A DNA stretch of 64,000 nucleotides from an uncultured Chloroflexia bacterium (GCA_963719465.1 OY970386.1:1369471-1433470), one strand, 5' to 3'. Shown: positions 1 through 9,445, numbered from the stretch's first letter. Numbers and translations: made by a program. The notes: generated from the sequence alone by a model not told the origin.

Positions 1-559
1 TCGCGACGAGGCGGTCTTCGAGAATTGCGCCGAAATAGATGCCCTCGCCGATCTGAGAGCGGCGGTAGCTGATGCCCTCGGCCTCGCTGCGGTTGAGCTG
101 GTTGACGGCGCGGGTGTCTCTCGCCGTGAGGCGTCGGAGCTCCGCCTTCGGAACGTCCGCGGCGGATGGCTCCACGAAGCTGCGGCTGTCGACGACCATG
201 CGTTGCATCGGCTGCTTCTGGCCGAGCGAAAAGAACTGGCGCAGGACGCCGGCATGCCCGAGCTCGGCCGTCGCGAAGGAATAGACGGGGCCGGGATGAA
301 TGCTGAGGAGCGCGTAGAGAGCGATTTCGTCGCCGAGCGCCAGTAGAGCCTGGCCCAGGCCGCCATGCGAATGCATCAGGAGCGCCTTCTCGGGGCCATC
401 TTCCGCCAGCCACCACTGCGACTGCTCGAACAACGGCGGCTCCAACTGCGCCAGGCCGTAGGCGGCGTAGCGGCGATGGGGCCGTAGCAGCGCGCGGATC
501 CGCTCCGGCTCCCGCAGGCTCCGGATGAGGAACGCATCGCGAACGCGCTCGCTCTTCAT
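1..559 (-). CDS. hypothetical protein, 5' portion only; the gene continues beyond the window start
   Basis: Manual minus-strand translation from ATG 557-559 (7 nt after the mtnP stop) reads MKSERVRDAFLIRSLREPERIRALL... with no stops through position 1. It is absent from the ORF track only because no stop codon falls inside the window. Confidence 0.45.
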   Translation of the reverse strand, partial: MKSERVRDAFLIRSLREPERIRALLRPHRRYAAYGLAQLEPPLFEQSQWWLAEDGPEKALLMHSHGGLGQALLALGDEIALYALLSIHPGPVYSFATAELGHAGVLRQFFSLGQKQPMQRMVVDSRSFVEPSAADVPKAELRRLTARDTRAVNQLNRSEAEGISYRRSQIGEGIYFGAILEDRLVA

Positions 560-566
560 GGTCTTG

Positions 567-1454
567 CTAGCCGCCATCGCTGTTCTTCCTGGCTTCAACG
601 CGGTCGCCGAGGATCGGGGCGAGCTTGCGGAGCGTCGCCGGTGGCACGAGGTCGGGCCGTGTGACGAGGGCGTTGTCTAGCGAATGGGCGCAAGCGCAGT
701 TCCTGGCGTCCGGCAGCTGTTCGATAGCGAGCGCGACGACGCGGCGGGCGGTCTCAACGGTCGCAAGCAAGTTATCGAGGATCATTTGCGCCGTGACGTC
801 GGCGTAGGACTCGCGCCAGACGTCGTAGTCGGTCACGCAGGCGAGGGCAGCGTAGCAGATGCCGGCCTCGCGCGCGAGCTTCGCTTCGGGGAGCATCGTC
901 ATGCTGACCAGGTGGGCGCCCCAGGAGCGGTGAAGCAGCGATTCGGCGCGGGTGGAGAAAGACGGGCCTTCGATGACGACCGCGACGGCGCCATCGTGCG
1001 TTGGCGAGTCGCTGCGGCGGCCACCTTCGATAAGGACGCGTCGCAGCTCCGGGCAGAAAGGGTCGGCGAGGGCGACGTGGGCGACGAGGCCGTCGCCGAA
1101 GAAGGTGTCGGTCCGCCCCACCGTTCGATTTATCAGCTGGTCGGGCACGGCCAGATGCCGCGGCTCGATCTGGGCTCGCAGGCTGCCGACGGCGTTGACG
1201 GAGATGATGCGTTCGACGCCGAGGGTCTTCAGGGCGTAGATGTTGGCGCGCGCCGGCACCTCGGACGGGAGCAGGCGATGGCCGCGGCCGTGGCGGGGGA
1301 GGAAGGCGACGCCGGCGCCGGCCAGCGAGCCAAGGAGGATTTCATCGCTGGGATTGCCGAAAGGGGTGTCGACGCGCACGCTGCGGCGGTCCTGGAGGCC
1401 GGGCATCTCGTAGAAGCCGCTGCCGCCGATGACCGCGATCCGCGCTTCGCTCAC
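567..1454 (-). CDS. mtnP: S-methyl-5'-thioadenosine phosphorylase (MTAP, purine nucleoside phosphorylase family)
   Basis: 295 aa with an MTAP-like sequence: IAVIGGSGFY, RHGRGH and the C-terminal CxC region. Confidence 0.85.
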   Translation of the reverse strand: MSEARIAVIGGSGFYEMPGLQDRRSVRVDTPFGNPSDEILLGSLAGAGVAFLPRHGRGHRLLPSEVPARANIYALKTLGVERIISVNAVGSLRAQIEPRHLAVPDQLINRTVGRTDTFFGDGLVAHVALADPFCPELRRVLIEGGRRSDSPTHDGAVAVVIEGPSFSTRAESLLHRSWGAHLVSMTMLPEAKLAREAGICYAALACVTDYDVWRESYADVTAQMILDNLLATVETARRVVALAIEQLPDARNCACAHSLDNALVTRPDLVPPATLRKLAPILGDRVEARKNSDGG

Positions 1455-1455
1455 G

Positions 1456-2415
1456 TCAGTTGCCTCCGAAGATGTGCTTCAGCGTCTGCAGGGCCTGGAG
1501 TGTCACCCACTTGCTCGGCTTGCCCTTCTGCTCGATATCCACCCACATCTTGCCATTGAGGCTCGTCTCCATCAGCCAGCGGCCCTGAGCGTCCTGCTTC
1601 CAGATGACGTGCCTTATGGCGTCGCGCAGCTGCGGCTCGGAGCCGCGGCCGAGGCGGGCCAGCGCGTACAGCGCTTCGAGGATGTTGCTGGTGTAGCTCA
1701 GGGGGAAGCCGAACTTCCGCCAGTTGGAGCTGACGGACTTGCTGCAGGGGTAGTCGGCGACGGCGAGATTGCGGCTCAAGAGGAAGGAGACGGTCTCGTC
1801 CATCGCGTCTTTCACCGCGCCGACGCGCTGGTCCGGCGGGACGGCTGAGAACGCCTGCAGCGCTTTGACGGCGCCCCAGGCGCAGGGTAGCTTCGCGTTC
1901 GCACCGCACTCGAAGTGCCTTCGGCCGACGGCGCCGGCCAGCTGCTGCACGGCCTCTCCGACGCGCGGGTCCGCCCCCCAGCCGAGCTGATAGAAGGCCT
2001 GGATGAGGTTGCCGTTGAGACAGTCGACGGCGGCGTTGGTCTGGCCGTTCAGCGAGAACGAGCCGTGCTTCGTCCGGCTGTGCCCCAGGACGTACTCGCA
2101 GCCTGTGGCTACGCGCTCGTCGCTGCCGTCGGCTGCCAGGTGCCCGAGGAAGATGATCTGCCAGACCGTGCTACGGTACTTCGGCGAGTAGCCGGGGCCG
2201 GGCTTGAACCAGTAGCCTTCGGGATCCTGAGCGGCGAGGATTGCCGGCACGGGGCCCTCGGCCATGATCGCCTTTCTTGCGGACGCGACCTGACTGTGGT
2301 CTTCGTCGAGCTCGACTAGCGAGCGCAGCGCGTGGTAGCGGACGGATGGGTTGTCCTCTTCGAGGAGCCAGTCTGTGGGGTCGTCGCGGAGGAAGTCCGG
2401 CCAGCCTGCTACCAT
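1456..2415 (-). CDS. hypothetical protein, possibly a prenyltransferase/terpene-cyclase-like alpha/alpha-toroid repeat protein
   Basis: 319-aa ORF with coding-like composition; recall-based weak resemblance to squalene-cyclase/prenyltransferase repeat proteins. The function call is tentative. Confidence 0.5.
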   Translation of the reverse strand: MVAGWPDFLRDDPTDWLLEEDNPSVRYHALRSLVELDEDHSQVASARKAIMAEGPVPAILAAQDPEGYWFKPGPGYSPKYRSTVWQIIFLGHLAADGSDERVATGCEYVLGHSRTKHGSFSLNGQTNAAVDCLNGNLIQAFYQLGWGADPRVGEAVQQLAGAVGRRHFECGANAKLPCAWGAVKALQAFSAVPPDQRVGAVKDAMDETVSFLLSRNLAVADYPCSKSVSSNWRKFGFPLSYTSNILEALYALARLGRGSEPQLRDAIRHVIWKQDAQGRWLMETSLNGKMWVDIEQKGKPSKWVTLQALQTLKHIFGGN

Positions 2416-2736
2416 TTCTCGTCAATCCTGTGCTTGCGTCGGGACGCGTGCTTATCGATTCACTGATGGGGGGCAACAAAAAACTTCTCGTGGTGTGAGA
2501 AGTTCTTCCTACTCTCATCTCTCCCGCTGCGGCAGGGTCGGACTTGGCACCATGTTGGGGGCTGATGACCTCCCAAACTGGTTGCCGGGCTTCGTAGGGC
2601 CGGTCCCTCCACCACTCTGGATAAGAGCGTTTACCGTATTCGGTTGTTACTTTATTCTAGGCTCGACGCCCAACGCCGTCAACCCGTGGCAGCGGAGCGT
2701 TTTGTGTCCTAAACGAAGAGTGGAGGGTGACGAGAC

Positions 2737-3906
2737 TTGGATTTCGAGCTGAGCGAAGAGCATGAGCTAATCCGCAACGCGGCCAGGCGGATCGCGCGCG
2801 AGCAGGTGCAGCCGCGAGCCGCCGAGATCGACGCGACGGCGAGCTTCCCGGTCGAGCTGTTCAACGTCTTTCGCGACGCCGGCCTTCTCGGCCTGACGAT
2901 TCCGGCGGAGTACGGAGGCAGCGGCGCGGGCTTCCTGGCGCTGGCGCTGGCGGTGGAGGAGGTCGCGAAGTACTGCTGCGCGTCGGGGCTGACGCTTCTC
3001 CTGACGGCGCTGCCGACGCAGCCAATCGTTCTCGGCGGGACGGAGGAGCAGAAGAAGCGGTATCTGCCGCCGATTGCGCGGGGGGAAATGCGGGCCGCTT
3101 TCGGGCTGACGGAGCCAAACGCCGGCTCGGACGCGGCGGCCATTCAGGCGCGGGCGGTGCGGAAGGACGGCGGTTACGTGGTGAACGGCGAGAAGGCGTT
3201 CATCTCCGGCGGCGCCGTCGCCGACTACGTGACGATGTTCGCCAAGACGAAGCCGGAAGCGAAATCGCACGGCATTTCGGGGTTCATCGTGCCGAAGACG
3301 ACGCCCGGCTATTCGGTCGCGCGGCTGGACGAGAAGATGGGCGTGCGCGGCGTCGCGACGGCGCTTCTCGCCTTCCAGGACTGCTTCGTGCCGGAAGAGA
3401 ACCTTCTCGGCGGGAAGGAGAACGAGGTGTTCACCACCGCCGTCCTGGGAACGCTCAACAGCGTGCGGCCGATCGTCGCGGCGCGCGGCCTGGGGCTGGC
3501 GGAAGGCGCGCTGGCCTACGCGCTGAACTTCGCGCGGCAGCGGGAGGCGTTCGGCGGGCCGATTGCGAATCTGGAGGCGATCCAGTTCATGTTCGCCGAC
3601 ATGGCGATCCAGATTGAGGCGGCGCGGGTGCTCACGTATCAGGCCGCGTGGATGGTGGACAAGGGCCGCTTCGGGGTGGCCTATTCGCACATGCTGTCGG
3701 TCGCCAAGGCCTTCGCGACGGAGACGGCGGTGAAGGTCTCGTCGGACGCGTTGCAGGTGCTTGGGGCGCAGGGCTACATGCGCGATCACCCGCTGGAGCG
3801 GCACTATCGCGACGCCCGCCAGCTCATGATCGTGGAAGGGACGAGCCAGATTCACCGCGTTATCATCTCGCGGGCGCTGCTGGACGGGCACCTGGCGTAC
3901 CCGTAG
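2737..3906 (+). CDS. acyl-CoA dehydrogenase
   Basis: 389 aa, TTG start preceded by GGAGGG; ACAD N-terminal, middle and C-terminal motifs (GLTEPNAGSD, YMRDHPLERHYRDARQLMIVEGTSQI). Confidence 0.9.
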   Translation: MDFELSEEHELIRNAARRIAREQVQPRAAEIDATASFPVELFNVFRDAGLLGLTIPAEYGGSGAGFLALALAVEEVAKYCCASGLTLLLTALPTQPIVLGGTEEQKKRYLPPIARGEMRAAFGLTEPNAGSDAAAIQARAVRKDGGYVVNGEKAFISGGAVADYVTMFAKTKPEAKSHGISGFIVPKTTPGYSVARLDEKMGVRGVATALLAFQDCFVPEENLLGGKENEVFTTAVLGTLNSVRPIVAARGLGLAEGALAYALNFARQREAFGGPIANLEAIQFMFADMAIQIEAARVLTYQAAWMVDKGRFGVAYSHMLSVAKAFATETAVKVSSDALQVLGAQGYMRDHPLERHYRDARQLMIVEGTSQIHRVIISRALLDGHLAYP

Positions 3907-3939
3907 ACCGATTTACCGCCGTTTGCGCTGTTTTCGCAC

Positions 3940-3968
3940 TTGAGCGAAGGTTTCGATGGTGCTACAAT
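3940..3968 (+). promoter_or_regulatory. sigma70-like promoter (TTGAGC-17 nt-TACAAT) upstream of the 4002 gene
   Basis: Hexamers read directly at 3940-3945 and 3963-3968. Confidence 0.35.
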
Positions 3969-4001
3969 CAACGAGGCTCCTAGGCGGGGTACGTCGGTGA
4001 G

Positions 4002-4472
4002 ATGAGGTCCATGGACAACGACTACGAGCTGAACGTTGCGGAGATCATCCAGACCGTCGAAACGGCGGAAGTGCTGACCCTCCGATTCGTGGTTCTCAGC
4101 CAGCGCCTCCTTATAGACACCCGCTACACTCCCATCGACGGCCCGATGCTCAAGCTCGTCACGCCGGTCAAGACGGCTGAAGAGCGTTTCCGCAGCCTGA
4201 AGCAGCTTCGCCCCCGCTTCCGCATTCCCGACAAGATCTGCTCCGTATGGTGGCCGAAGCACGTGGATAGCCTGGTGTCGTCCGGCATCTGGCCGGCGAT
4301 TGCCCGCCGCATCATCGATTCCGGCAGCCCGGGCGCGGCGCAGCTGTGCGAAGAGACGTTTCGCGAGCTGCTGGAGCTGGAGCGGGAAGAGATAAGAAAC
4401 GCCATCCTCGGCAAAGGGTATCAGGCGCTCTGGGAATGCTTCAGCCCGGACCAGCCTCGCAAGCAGCTCTGA
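4002..4472 (+). CDS. hypothetical protein
   Basis: 156-aa ORF in a slightly lower-GC patch, 4 nt upstream of the metallopeptidase gene. Confidence 0.5.
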   Translation: MRSMDNDYELNVAEIIQTVETAEVLTLRFVVLSQRLLIDTRYTPIDGPMLKLVTPVKTAEERFRSLKQLRPRFRIPDKICSVWWPKHVDSLVSSGIWPAIARRIIDSGSPGAAQLCEETFRELLELEREEIRNAILGKGYQALWECFSPDQPRKQL

Positions 4473-4476
4473 ACCT

Positions 4477-4863
4477 TTGTCCCCACGTCCTCGAATGAGC
4501 CCGCGTCGCTTTGACCGCCTCGTTGTTGCTGCTCTGGCGGAGATTCCGCCGCCCTTCGACGAGAAGCTGGCGAACGTCGATATCGTCGTGAAGCGACGGC
4601 CGAGCCCGGGCGATTACCGACGGGCGCACGCGAAGCCAGGCGAGAGGCTGTACGGGCTCTACGAAGGGGTTCCGCTGAGCGAGAGGGCGGGGAGCTTCGG
4701 TTTCGAGACGCCGGACAAGATCACGCTGTTCCGCGGGCCGCTGGAGCGCGACTTTCCGCAGGACGCGGACCTGAAGCGGGAGGTGCGGATCACGGTCCTG
4801 CACGAGATAGCACACTTCTTCGGGCTGTCGGACGAGTCGCTGGCGGAGATGGGCTTGGACTGA
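4477..4863 (+). CDS. metallopeptidase family protein (Zn-dependent, HExxH; zincin-like, DUF1025-type)
   Basis: 128 aa with a C-terminal HEIAHFFG motif typical of this small metallopeptidase family. Confidence 0.7.
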   Translation: MSPRPRMSPRRFDRLVVAALAEIPPPFDEKLANVDIVVKRRPSPGDYRRAHAKPGERLYGLYEGVPLSERAGSFGFETPDKITLFRGPLERDFPQDADLKREVRITVLHEIAHFFGLSDESLAEMGLD

Positions 4864-4908
4864 GGCGGCGGCAGCAGGCAAGGACAGGGCGCGAGCGGCT
4901 GTGCTAGA

Positions 4909-5433
4909 ATGCGCCTGAGCCAGGAGGGCGCTTTGGACGAGGAAGAGGGATCTCTGTCCGAGTACCGCGAGAGACTGGTCCCCACGGGGTCGCTCCGTAT
5001 TCTTCTGCTGGTACTGGCGGTCTGGGACTTCCTCGGCGGCGGCATCCAGCTTGCTCTGCACAGCTTCCTCGTGTCGATGAAGGACGGCGCGCCAAACGGG
5101 ATCATGGCGGGCAGGGCCTTCAGCGGCGCGCTCTTCATAACGGGCCTTCTCTACCTTTTCGCGGCGTTTCAACCGACGCGGTATCGCTTCATCCTCTGGC
5201 TGGCGGTCGCCGAGCAGCTGGTCGCCATCTGCACCGGCGTCTTTCATGGCGCGCGCGGCAACGTCTCCTGGGGCGGCGTGATCCTGCCGGTCGCCGTCGC
5301 GATTGCGCTGCTGATCCTGCTGCTGCTGAACTTCCCGCGCGGCCTGCCGGAGCCGGAAGAAGAGGAAGTCGGGGAAGAGGCGCTGCCGCCGGGAACAACT
5401 TCAGCGCCCGAGCCGCCGCCCGTCAAGCAATAG
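4909..5433 (+). CDS. hypothetical integral membrane protein with an acidic/Pro-rich tail
   Basis: 174 aa with 4 predicted TM helices; the 3' end overlaps the convergent glycerate kinase gene by about 30 nt, so the true start may be internal. Confidence 0.5.
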   Translation: MRLSQEGALDEEEGSLSEYRERLVPTGSLRILLLVLAVWDFLGGGIQLALHSFLVSMKDGAPNGIMAGRAFSGALFITGLLYLFAAFQPTRYRFILWLAVAEQLVAICTGVFHGARGNVSWGGVILPVAVAIALLILLLLNFPRGLPEPEEEEVGEEALPPGTTSAPEPPPVKQ

Positions 5434-6540
5434 CCGGGTCGCGCGCTCCGCCGTCGCCGAAAGCAGCTCGGCCGCCTTCGCTATGGCCTCCTCTTTCGTC
5501 ATCGGGCCGATCGCTATGGGAATCGCGGCGTCGAGGCCGAGCGCGGTCGGGTCCGCGTCGTCGGCAACGCTGCCGGCAAAGGCGATGACGGGTCGCTTGC
5601 GCTCCCGGGCCATTCGCGCGACGACGGCGACCGCTTTGCCGTAGGCGGTCTGGGAATCGAGGCGCCCCTCGCCGGTGAAGACGACGTCCGCTCGCTCGAT
5701 TCGATTCGCCAGAGATATCGCCTCCCCGACGTACTCCCCGCCGGAGATGATGCGCGCCCCCAGGAAAGCGACGAGGCCCGCGCCCAGGCCGCCCGCCGCG
5801 CCCGCCCCGTCGACTTGGGCGACGTCGATGCCCAAGTCGCGGCGAATGACGGCGGCGTAGTTCTCCAGCGCCGCTTCCAGCCCCGCGACGGCTTCGGGCG
5901 TGCCGCCTTTCTGCGGTCCGTAGACGAGACTGGCGCCGGCGGGGCCGAGAAGCGGGTTGATGGCGTCAGCGGCAACCGTCACTTGGCACGAACGGAGACG
6001 CGGATCCAGGCCGGAAACGTCGATTCGACGGAGCACGGCCAGGGCCGCGCCGCCGGGCTCGAGGTCGCGGCCATCGGCGTCGAGCAAACGAGCGCCCAAC
6101 GCCTGGGCTATGCCGGCGCCGCCGTCGTTCGTCGCGCTGCCGCCGATGGCGAGGACGAGGCGTCGGCTGTCCCGGTCGAGAGCGGCGCGAACGAGCTCGC
6201 CGACGCCTCGGGTCGTCGTCAGGCGCGGATCGCGCTCTTCGGGGCGCAGCAACGCCAGACCGTTCGCCTCCGCCGCCTCGATAAGCGCGGTGCTGTCACC
6301 GAGCAACGCCCAGACAGCCTCGCGGGGGCGTCCCAGCGGGTCGGATACGGCGGCCTTCATTCGCTCGCCCGTTATCGACGAGAGGACGGCGTCGATTGTG
6401 CCCGGACCGCCGTCGGCCATCGGCGCGAGGTCGACTTCGGCGGTCGGGTCGGCGCGTCGGGCGCCGCGGGCGATGGCGTCGGCGGCCTGGCGAGCGGTGA
6501 GGCTCTCCTTGAACTCCTGGGGACAGACAAGAATGCGCAT
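5401..6540 (-). CDS. glycerate kinase
   Basis: 379 aa, GlxK/GarK family (MRILVCPQEFKESLTA..., GGSATNDGGAG, GAGAAGGLG). Confidence 0.85.
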   Translation of the reverse strand: MRILVCPQEFKESLTARQAADAIARGARRADPTAEVDLAPMADGGPGTIDAVLSSITGERMKAAVSDPLGRPREAVWALLGDSTALIEAAEANGLALLRPEERDPRLTTTRGVGELVRAALDRDSRRLVLAIGGSATNDGGAGIAQALGARLLDADGRDLEPGGAALAVLRRIDVSGLDPRLRSCQVTVAADAINPLLGPAGASLVYGPQKGGTPEAVAGLEAALENYAAVIRRDLGIDVAQVDGAGAAGGLGAGLVAFLGARIISGGEYVGEAISLANRIERADVVFTGEGRLDSQTAYGKAVAVVARMARERKRPVIAFAGSVADDADPTALGLDAAIPIAIGPMTKEEAIAKAAELLSATAERATRLLLDGRRLGR

Positions 6541-6589
6541 GCTTGGCGTGAACTGATGATATTCCTCTTCACTTTTCAGGCGGAAGGGC

Positions 6590-6637
6590 TTGACAATAGA
6601 ACAGATATTCTATACTCTTTTGAGAGAACAAGTGTTC
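6590..6637 (+). promoter_or_regulatory. promoter-like TTGACA(6590-6595)/TATACT(6611-6616) with an overlapping GAAC-N4-GTTC (LexA/Cheo-type) box at 6626-6637
   Basis: Read directly from the sequence. The box aGAACaagtGTTCt sits just downstream of the -10; a second half-site-like GAACagatATTC lies in the spacer. Confidence 0.35.
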
Positions 6638-6656
6638 TGGAGAAGGAGACGGGGAG

Positions 6657-6776
6657 ATGAAGAAGGACAAGAGCCGATCGCGTGATTCGCGCTGCCCGGA
6701 GTGCGGTGGCCCGCTCGTCTACGGCGAGGGATGCGTCCGCTGCCCGATTTGCGGCTTCACGCGCTGCGGCTGCTGA
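6657..6776 (+). CDS. small Cys-rich zinc-ribbon protein (39 aa: MKKDKSRSRDSRCPECGGPLVYGEGCVRCPICGFTRCGC)
   Basis: Hand-translated ORF below the track's 60-aa cutoff, with a GGAGA RBS 6 nt upstream and CxxC...CxxC...CxC spacing. Confidence 0.4.
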   Translation: MKKDKSRSRDSRCPECGGPLVYGEGCVRCPICGFTRCGC

Positions 6777-6852
6777 GCTAACGTCTCGTCGCCTGGGTCT
6801 GGCCGGACGCGTCTTGCGTTGACACACCTCTGTCATCGGGTATCATGAAGGC

Positions 6853-8172
6853 GTGATTGCCGGAACCGCCGCAGAGAAGAGCGTCGAAAGCCGTTCGCCC
6901 GTGTCGCCGCTAACCGTGGCCGTGCTGACGGTGGGCTGCAAGCTCAACCAGGCCGAGTCGGAGGCGATAGCCGGAGAGCTGGGGAAGGCGGGCTGGCGCG
7001 TCGTTGACCGGGCGACGCAGGCCGACGCGTTCATAATCAACACCTGCGCGGTTACGCACGTGGCGGAGCGCAAGTCGCGGCATCTGGTCCGGCTGGCGCG
7101 ACGGCTCTCGCCCGGCGCTCGGATAGTCGTTACCGGTTGTCTGGCTGACAGGGCCGGGACTGACGCGTTGTCGGCGCTGGGAGCGGACGTGATCCTTGAG
7201 AATAGCGAGAAGGAACGTGCCGCCCACCTTTTGCTGAGGGTCCCGGCGGTGGACGGCGCTTCGGGCGGCGCCGGGCGGCTCCGGACACGGTCCTTCATCA
7301 AGATTCAGGAGGGCTGCGACGACGTCTGCGCGTTCTGCGTCGTGCCCCAGACGCGGGGCCGCGAGCGAAGCGTTCCCGTCGCCGACGTTCTGAGGGCTGT
7401 CAGGTCGGCGGAGGCGGATGGCGTGAAGGAAGTCGTGCTGACGGGCACGCAACTGGGCGCGTACGGCCGCGACGGCGGCAAGAGCGACCTGGCGGAGCTC
7501 ATCCGGCTGGTGCTCTCGGACAGCGACGTCCCGCGCGTTCACGTTTCCTCGCTGCAACCGCAAGACATTACGCCTTCCTTGCTCGACCTGTGGGGCGACC
7601 CGCGCCTGTGCCGCCATTTCCACGTCCCGCTGCAGAGCGGCAGCGACGGGGTGCTGGCGCGAATGCGGCGTCGCTACACGACGCGGCAGTTCGCTGAGGC
7701 GCTCGCAGAGATACGGCACCGCGTGCCTGACGCAGCCATCACCACCGACGTGCTGGTTGGCTTTCCGGGCGAATCGGACGAGGACTTCGAGGCGACACGC
7801 CGGCTCTGCCGCGAGGTCGGGTTCGCGGCGCTGCACGTCTTCCCGTTCTCGTCGCGGCCGGGGACGCTGGCCGCCGGGATGCCGGCTCAGGTGAGCGCGC
7901 AGGTCAAACGGGAGCGCGTGCGGCAGATGCTGGCGCTGGGCGAGGAGCTGCGAGCAGCGTTTCTTGCTCGGTTTCAGAGCGCGACCGCAGAAGTGCTTTT
8001 CGAGAAGAGGGTTCGCGGAGAAGCCGGCCAAATGCTGTGGGAAGGGCTGACCGACAACTACATCCGGGTGCTGGTGCCATCGGAGCAATCGCTGGTGAAT
8101 TGCATCGTGGCCGTGAAGCTGGGCGAGCGTCGCGGCGACAGCCTGCTCGGGGAGTGCAGGAGGGCAGGATGA
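6853..8172 (+). CDS. mtaB: MiaB-like tRNA methylthiotransferase (MtaB-type radical SAM)
   Basis: MTTase N-terminal domain plus a radical-SAM CxxxCxxC (CDDVCAFC); the first ~15 codons may be an N-terminal over-extension. Confidence 0.8.
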   Translation: MIAGTAAEKSVESRSPVSPLTVAVLTVGCKLNQAESEAIAGELGKAGWRVVDRATQADAFIINTCAVTHVAERKSRHLVRLARRLSPGARIVVTGCLADRAGTDALSALGADVILENSEKERAAHLLLRVPAVDGASGGAGRLRTRSFIKIQEGCDDVCAFCVVPQTRGRERSVPVADVLRAVRSAEADGVKEVVLTGTQLGAYGRDGGKSDLAELIRLVLSDSDVPRVHVSSLQPQDITPSLLDLWGDPRLCRHFHVPLQSGSDGVLARMRRRYTTRQFAEALAEIRHRVPDAAITTDVLVGFPGESDEDFEATRRLCREVGFAALHVFPFSSRPGTLAAGMPAQVSAQVKRERVRQMLALGEELRAAFLARFQSATAEVLFEKRVRGEAGQMLWEGLTDNYIRVLVPSEQSLVNCIVAVKLGERRGDSLLGECRRAG

Positions 8173-8888
8173 ACATACTGAATCGGGTCATTGTCGTCCT
8201 CGGCATCGTCGTGCTGATCCTGTTTGCGGTAATGCTCATCGTGCTGGCCTGGGCGTACAGCGGCGAGAGCATCCACCGGCTGAGCCTGTTCGTTCAGTAC
8301 CTGACCGACCACGACACGACGCTGCCGAAAGTGATAATCACGCTCGGCAGCGCTTTCGTCATCCTGATCGCCTTTGCCGCCCTGCTGATCGAAATCGTCC
8401 CGCGGGCCGACAAGACCGTGCTCGTGCGCGACGTGGGAGCGGGCACCGCCGTCCTTTCGACTGCGGCCGTGGCGCGGCGGCTGGAACAGCTCGTCGGGAC
8501 GCTGCCGGAAGTGGAGGCGGTGCGGGCGTCGGTAAGCCGGCGGAAGGACGCGGTCGAGGTGAACTTGCAGGTGATGGTGCACCCGGAAAGCGACCTGGCG
8601 ATGGTGGCGACCGAGGTGTCGCAGACGACGCAGGAGGGCGTCACAGAGCAGATGAGCGTTGCGCTGGCCAGGCCGCCGAAGCTTCGCCTCTACTATTCGT
8701 CCCGGCCGACGGCGTCGCGCGAGCACCCTTCGACAGCGGAAGAGCCACAGCAGGCGCGCCCCCGGCGGGCTGGAGCCGCGGCGCATCGTGAAGCGGGGAA
8801 GCCGCCCGCCGAACCGGCCAGCGAGGCCTCGCAGGCTGAACCCCCGCCACCTTCCGACGAAAGCGCCCCGCACGACGAGAAGCCATGA
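8169..8888 (+). CDS. hypothetical membrane protein with a Pro/Glu/Ala-rich C-terminal tail
   Basis: ATG at 8169 overlaps the mtaB stop (ATGA); two N-terminal TM helices, then a VxV-rich region. The track ORF 8037-8888 is an upstream over-extension. Confidence 0.55.
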   Translation: MNILNRVIVVLGIVVLILFAVMLIVLAWAYSGESIHRLSLFVQYLTDHDTTLPKVIITLGSAFVILIAFAALLIEIVPRADKTVLVRDVGAGTAVLSTAAVARRLEQLVGTLPEVEAVRASVSRRKDAVEVNLQVMVHPESDLAMVATEVSQTTQEGVTEQMSVALARPPKLRLYYSSRPTASREHPSTAEEPQQARPRRAGAAAHREAGKPPAEPASEASQAEPPPPSDESAPHDEKP

Positions 8889-9445
8889 CACGAATGCGCC
8901 GTCCCTCTTCGGACAAAGTGAAGCTGGCGGTCGAAAGCCTCCTCTTCGTCGCGCAGGAGGCGGTCGACGTGGAGATCATCGCCCGCAGCCTGCACGTGAA
9001 GGAGGAAGAGGTGACGGCGGCGATCGAGTCGCTGGCTGAAGACTGCCGCCAGCGAGGGGTCCGGATCCTGCAGAGCGGCAATCTCGTGCAGATGGCGACG
9101 GCGCCCGAGGCGGCCCGCTACGTCGAGAACTTCCTCAACATGGACCACCAGCAGCGCTTGTCGAACGCGGGCCTGGAGACGCTGGCGATCATTGCCTACC
9201 GGCAGCCGATCACGCGGGCGGGAATCGAAGCGATCCGCGGCGTCAACTCCGACGGGGCGGTTGCGACGCTGCTCGCCCGCGACCTGATCGAGGAGACAGG
9301 ACGCGCCCGCACTCCCGGCCGGCCGGCGCTCCTGGGAACTACGGTGCGCTTCCTGGAGCACTTCGGGCTGGAGAAGCCGTCGGACCTGCCACCGCTGCCC
9401 GCCGAGGACGACGACGAGGAGCCGGACGAGGTGCTGCCGCGATGA
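8885..9445 (+). CDS. scpB: segregation and condensation protein B
   Basis: 186-aa ScpB winged-helix pattern; ATGA start overlap with the upstream gene. Confidence 0.85.
   Translation: MTRMRRPSSDKVKLAVESLLFVAQEAVDVEIIARSLHVKEEEVTAAIESLAEDCRQRGVRILQSGNLVQMATAPEAARYVENFLNMDHQQRLSNAGLETLAIIAYRQPITRAGIEAIRGVNSDGAVATLLARDLIEETGRARTPGRPALLGTTVRFLEHFGLEKPSDLPPLPAEDDDEEPDEVLPR

Noticed and set aside
72-284. 70-aa plus-strand ORF at the window start
   Set aside because: It lies antisense within the partial minus-strand gene that runs off the window start; its translation looks non-coding.
684-1559. 291-aa plus-strand ORF (and many similar: 2767-3891 -, 6910-8088 -, 8058-8891 -, 14740-15432 -, 15474-16466 -, 17529-18272 -, 43087-44331 +, 45299-46558 +, 46461-47447 +, 47687-49141 +, 53281-54252 +, 54146-55348 +, 55461-56282 -, 57712-58569 +, 61548-62984 +)
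   Set aside because: These are antisense or shadow ORFs overlapping well-supported genes on the opposite strand. They have Arg/Ala/Gly-rich low-complexity translations typical of stop-poor high-GC DNA and no recognisable domains.
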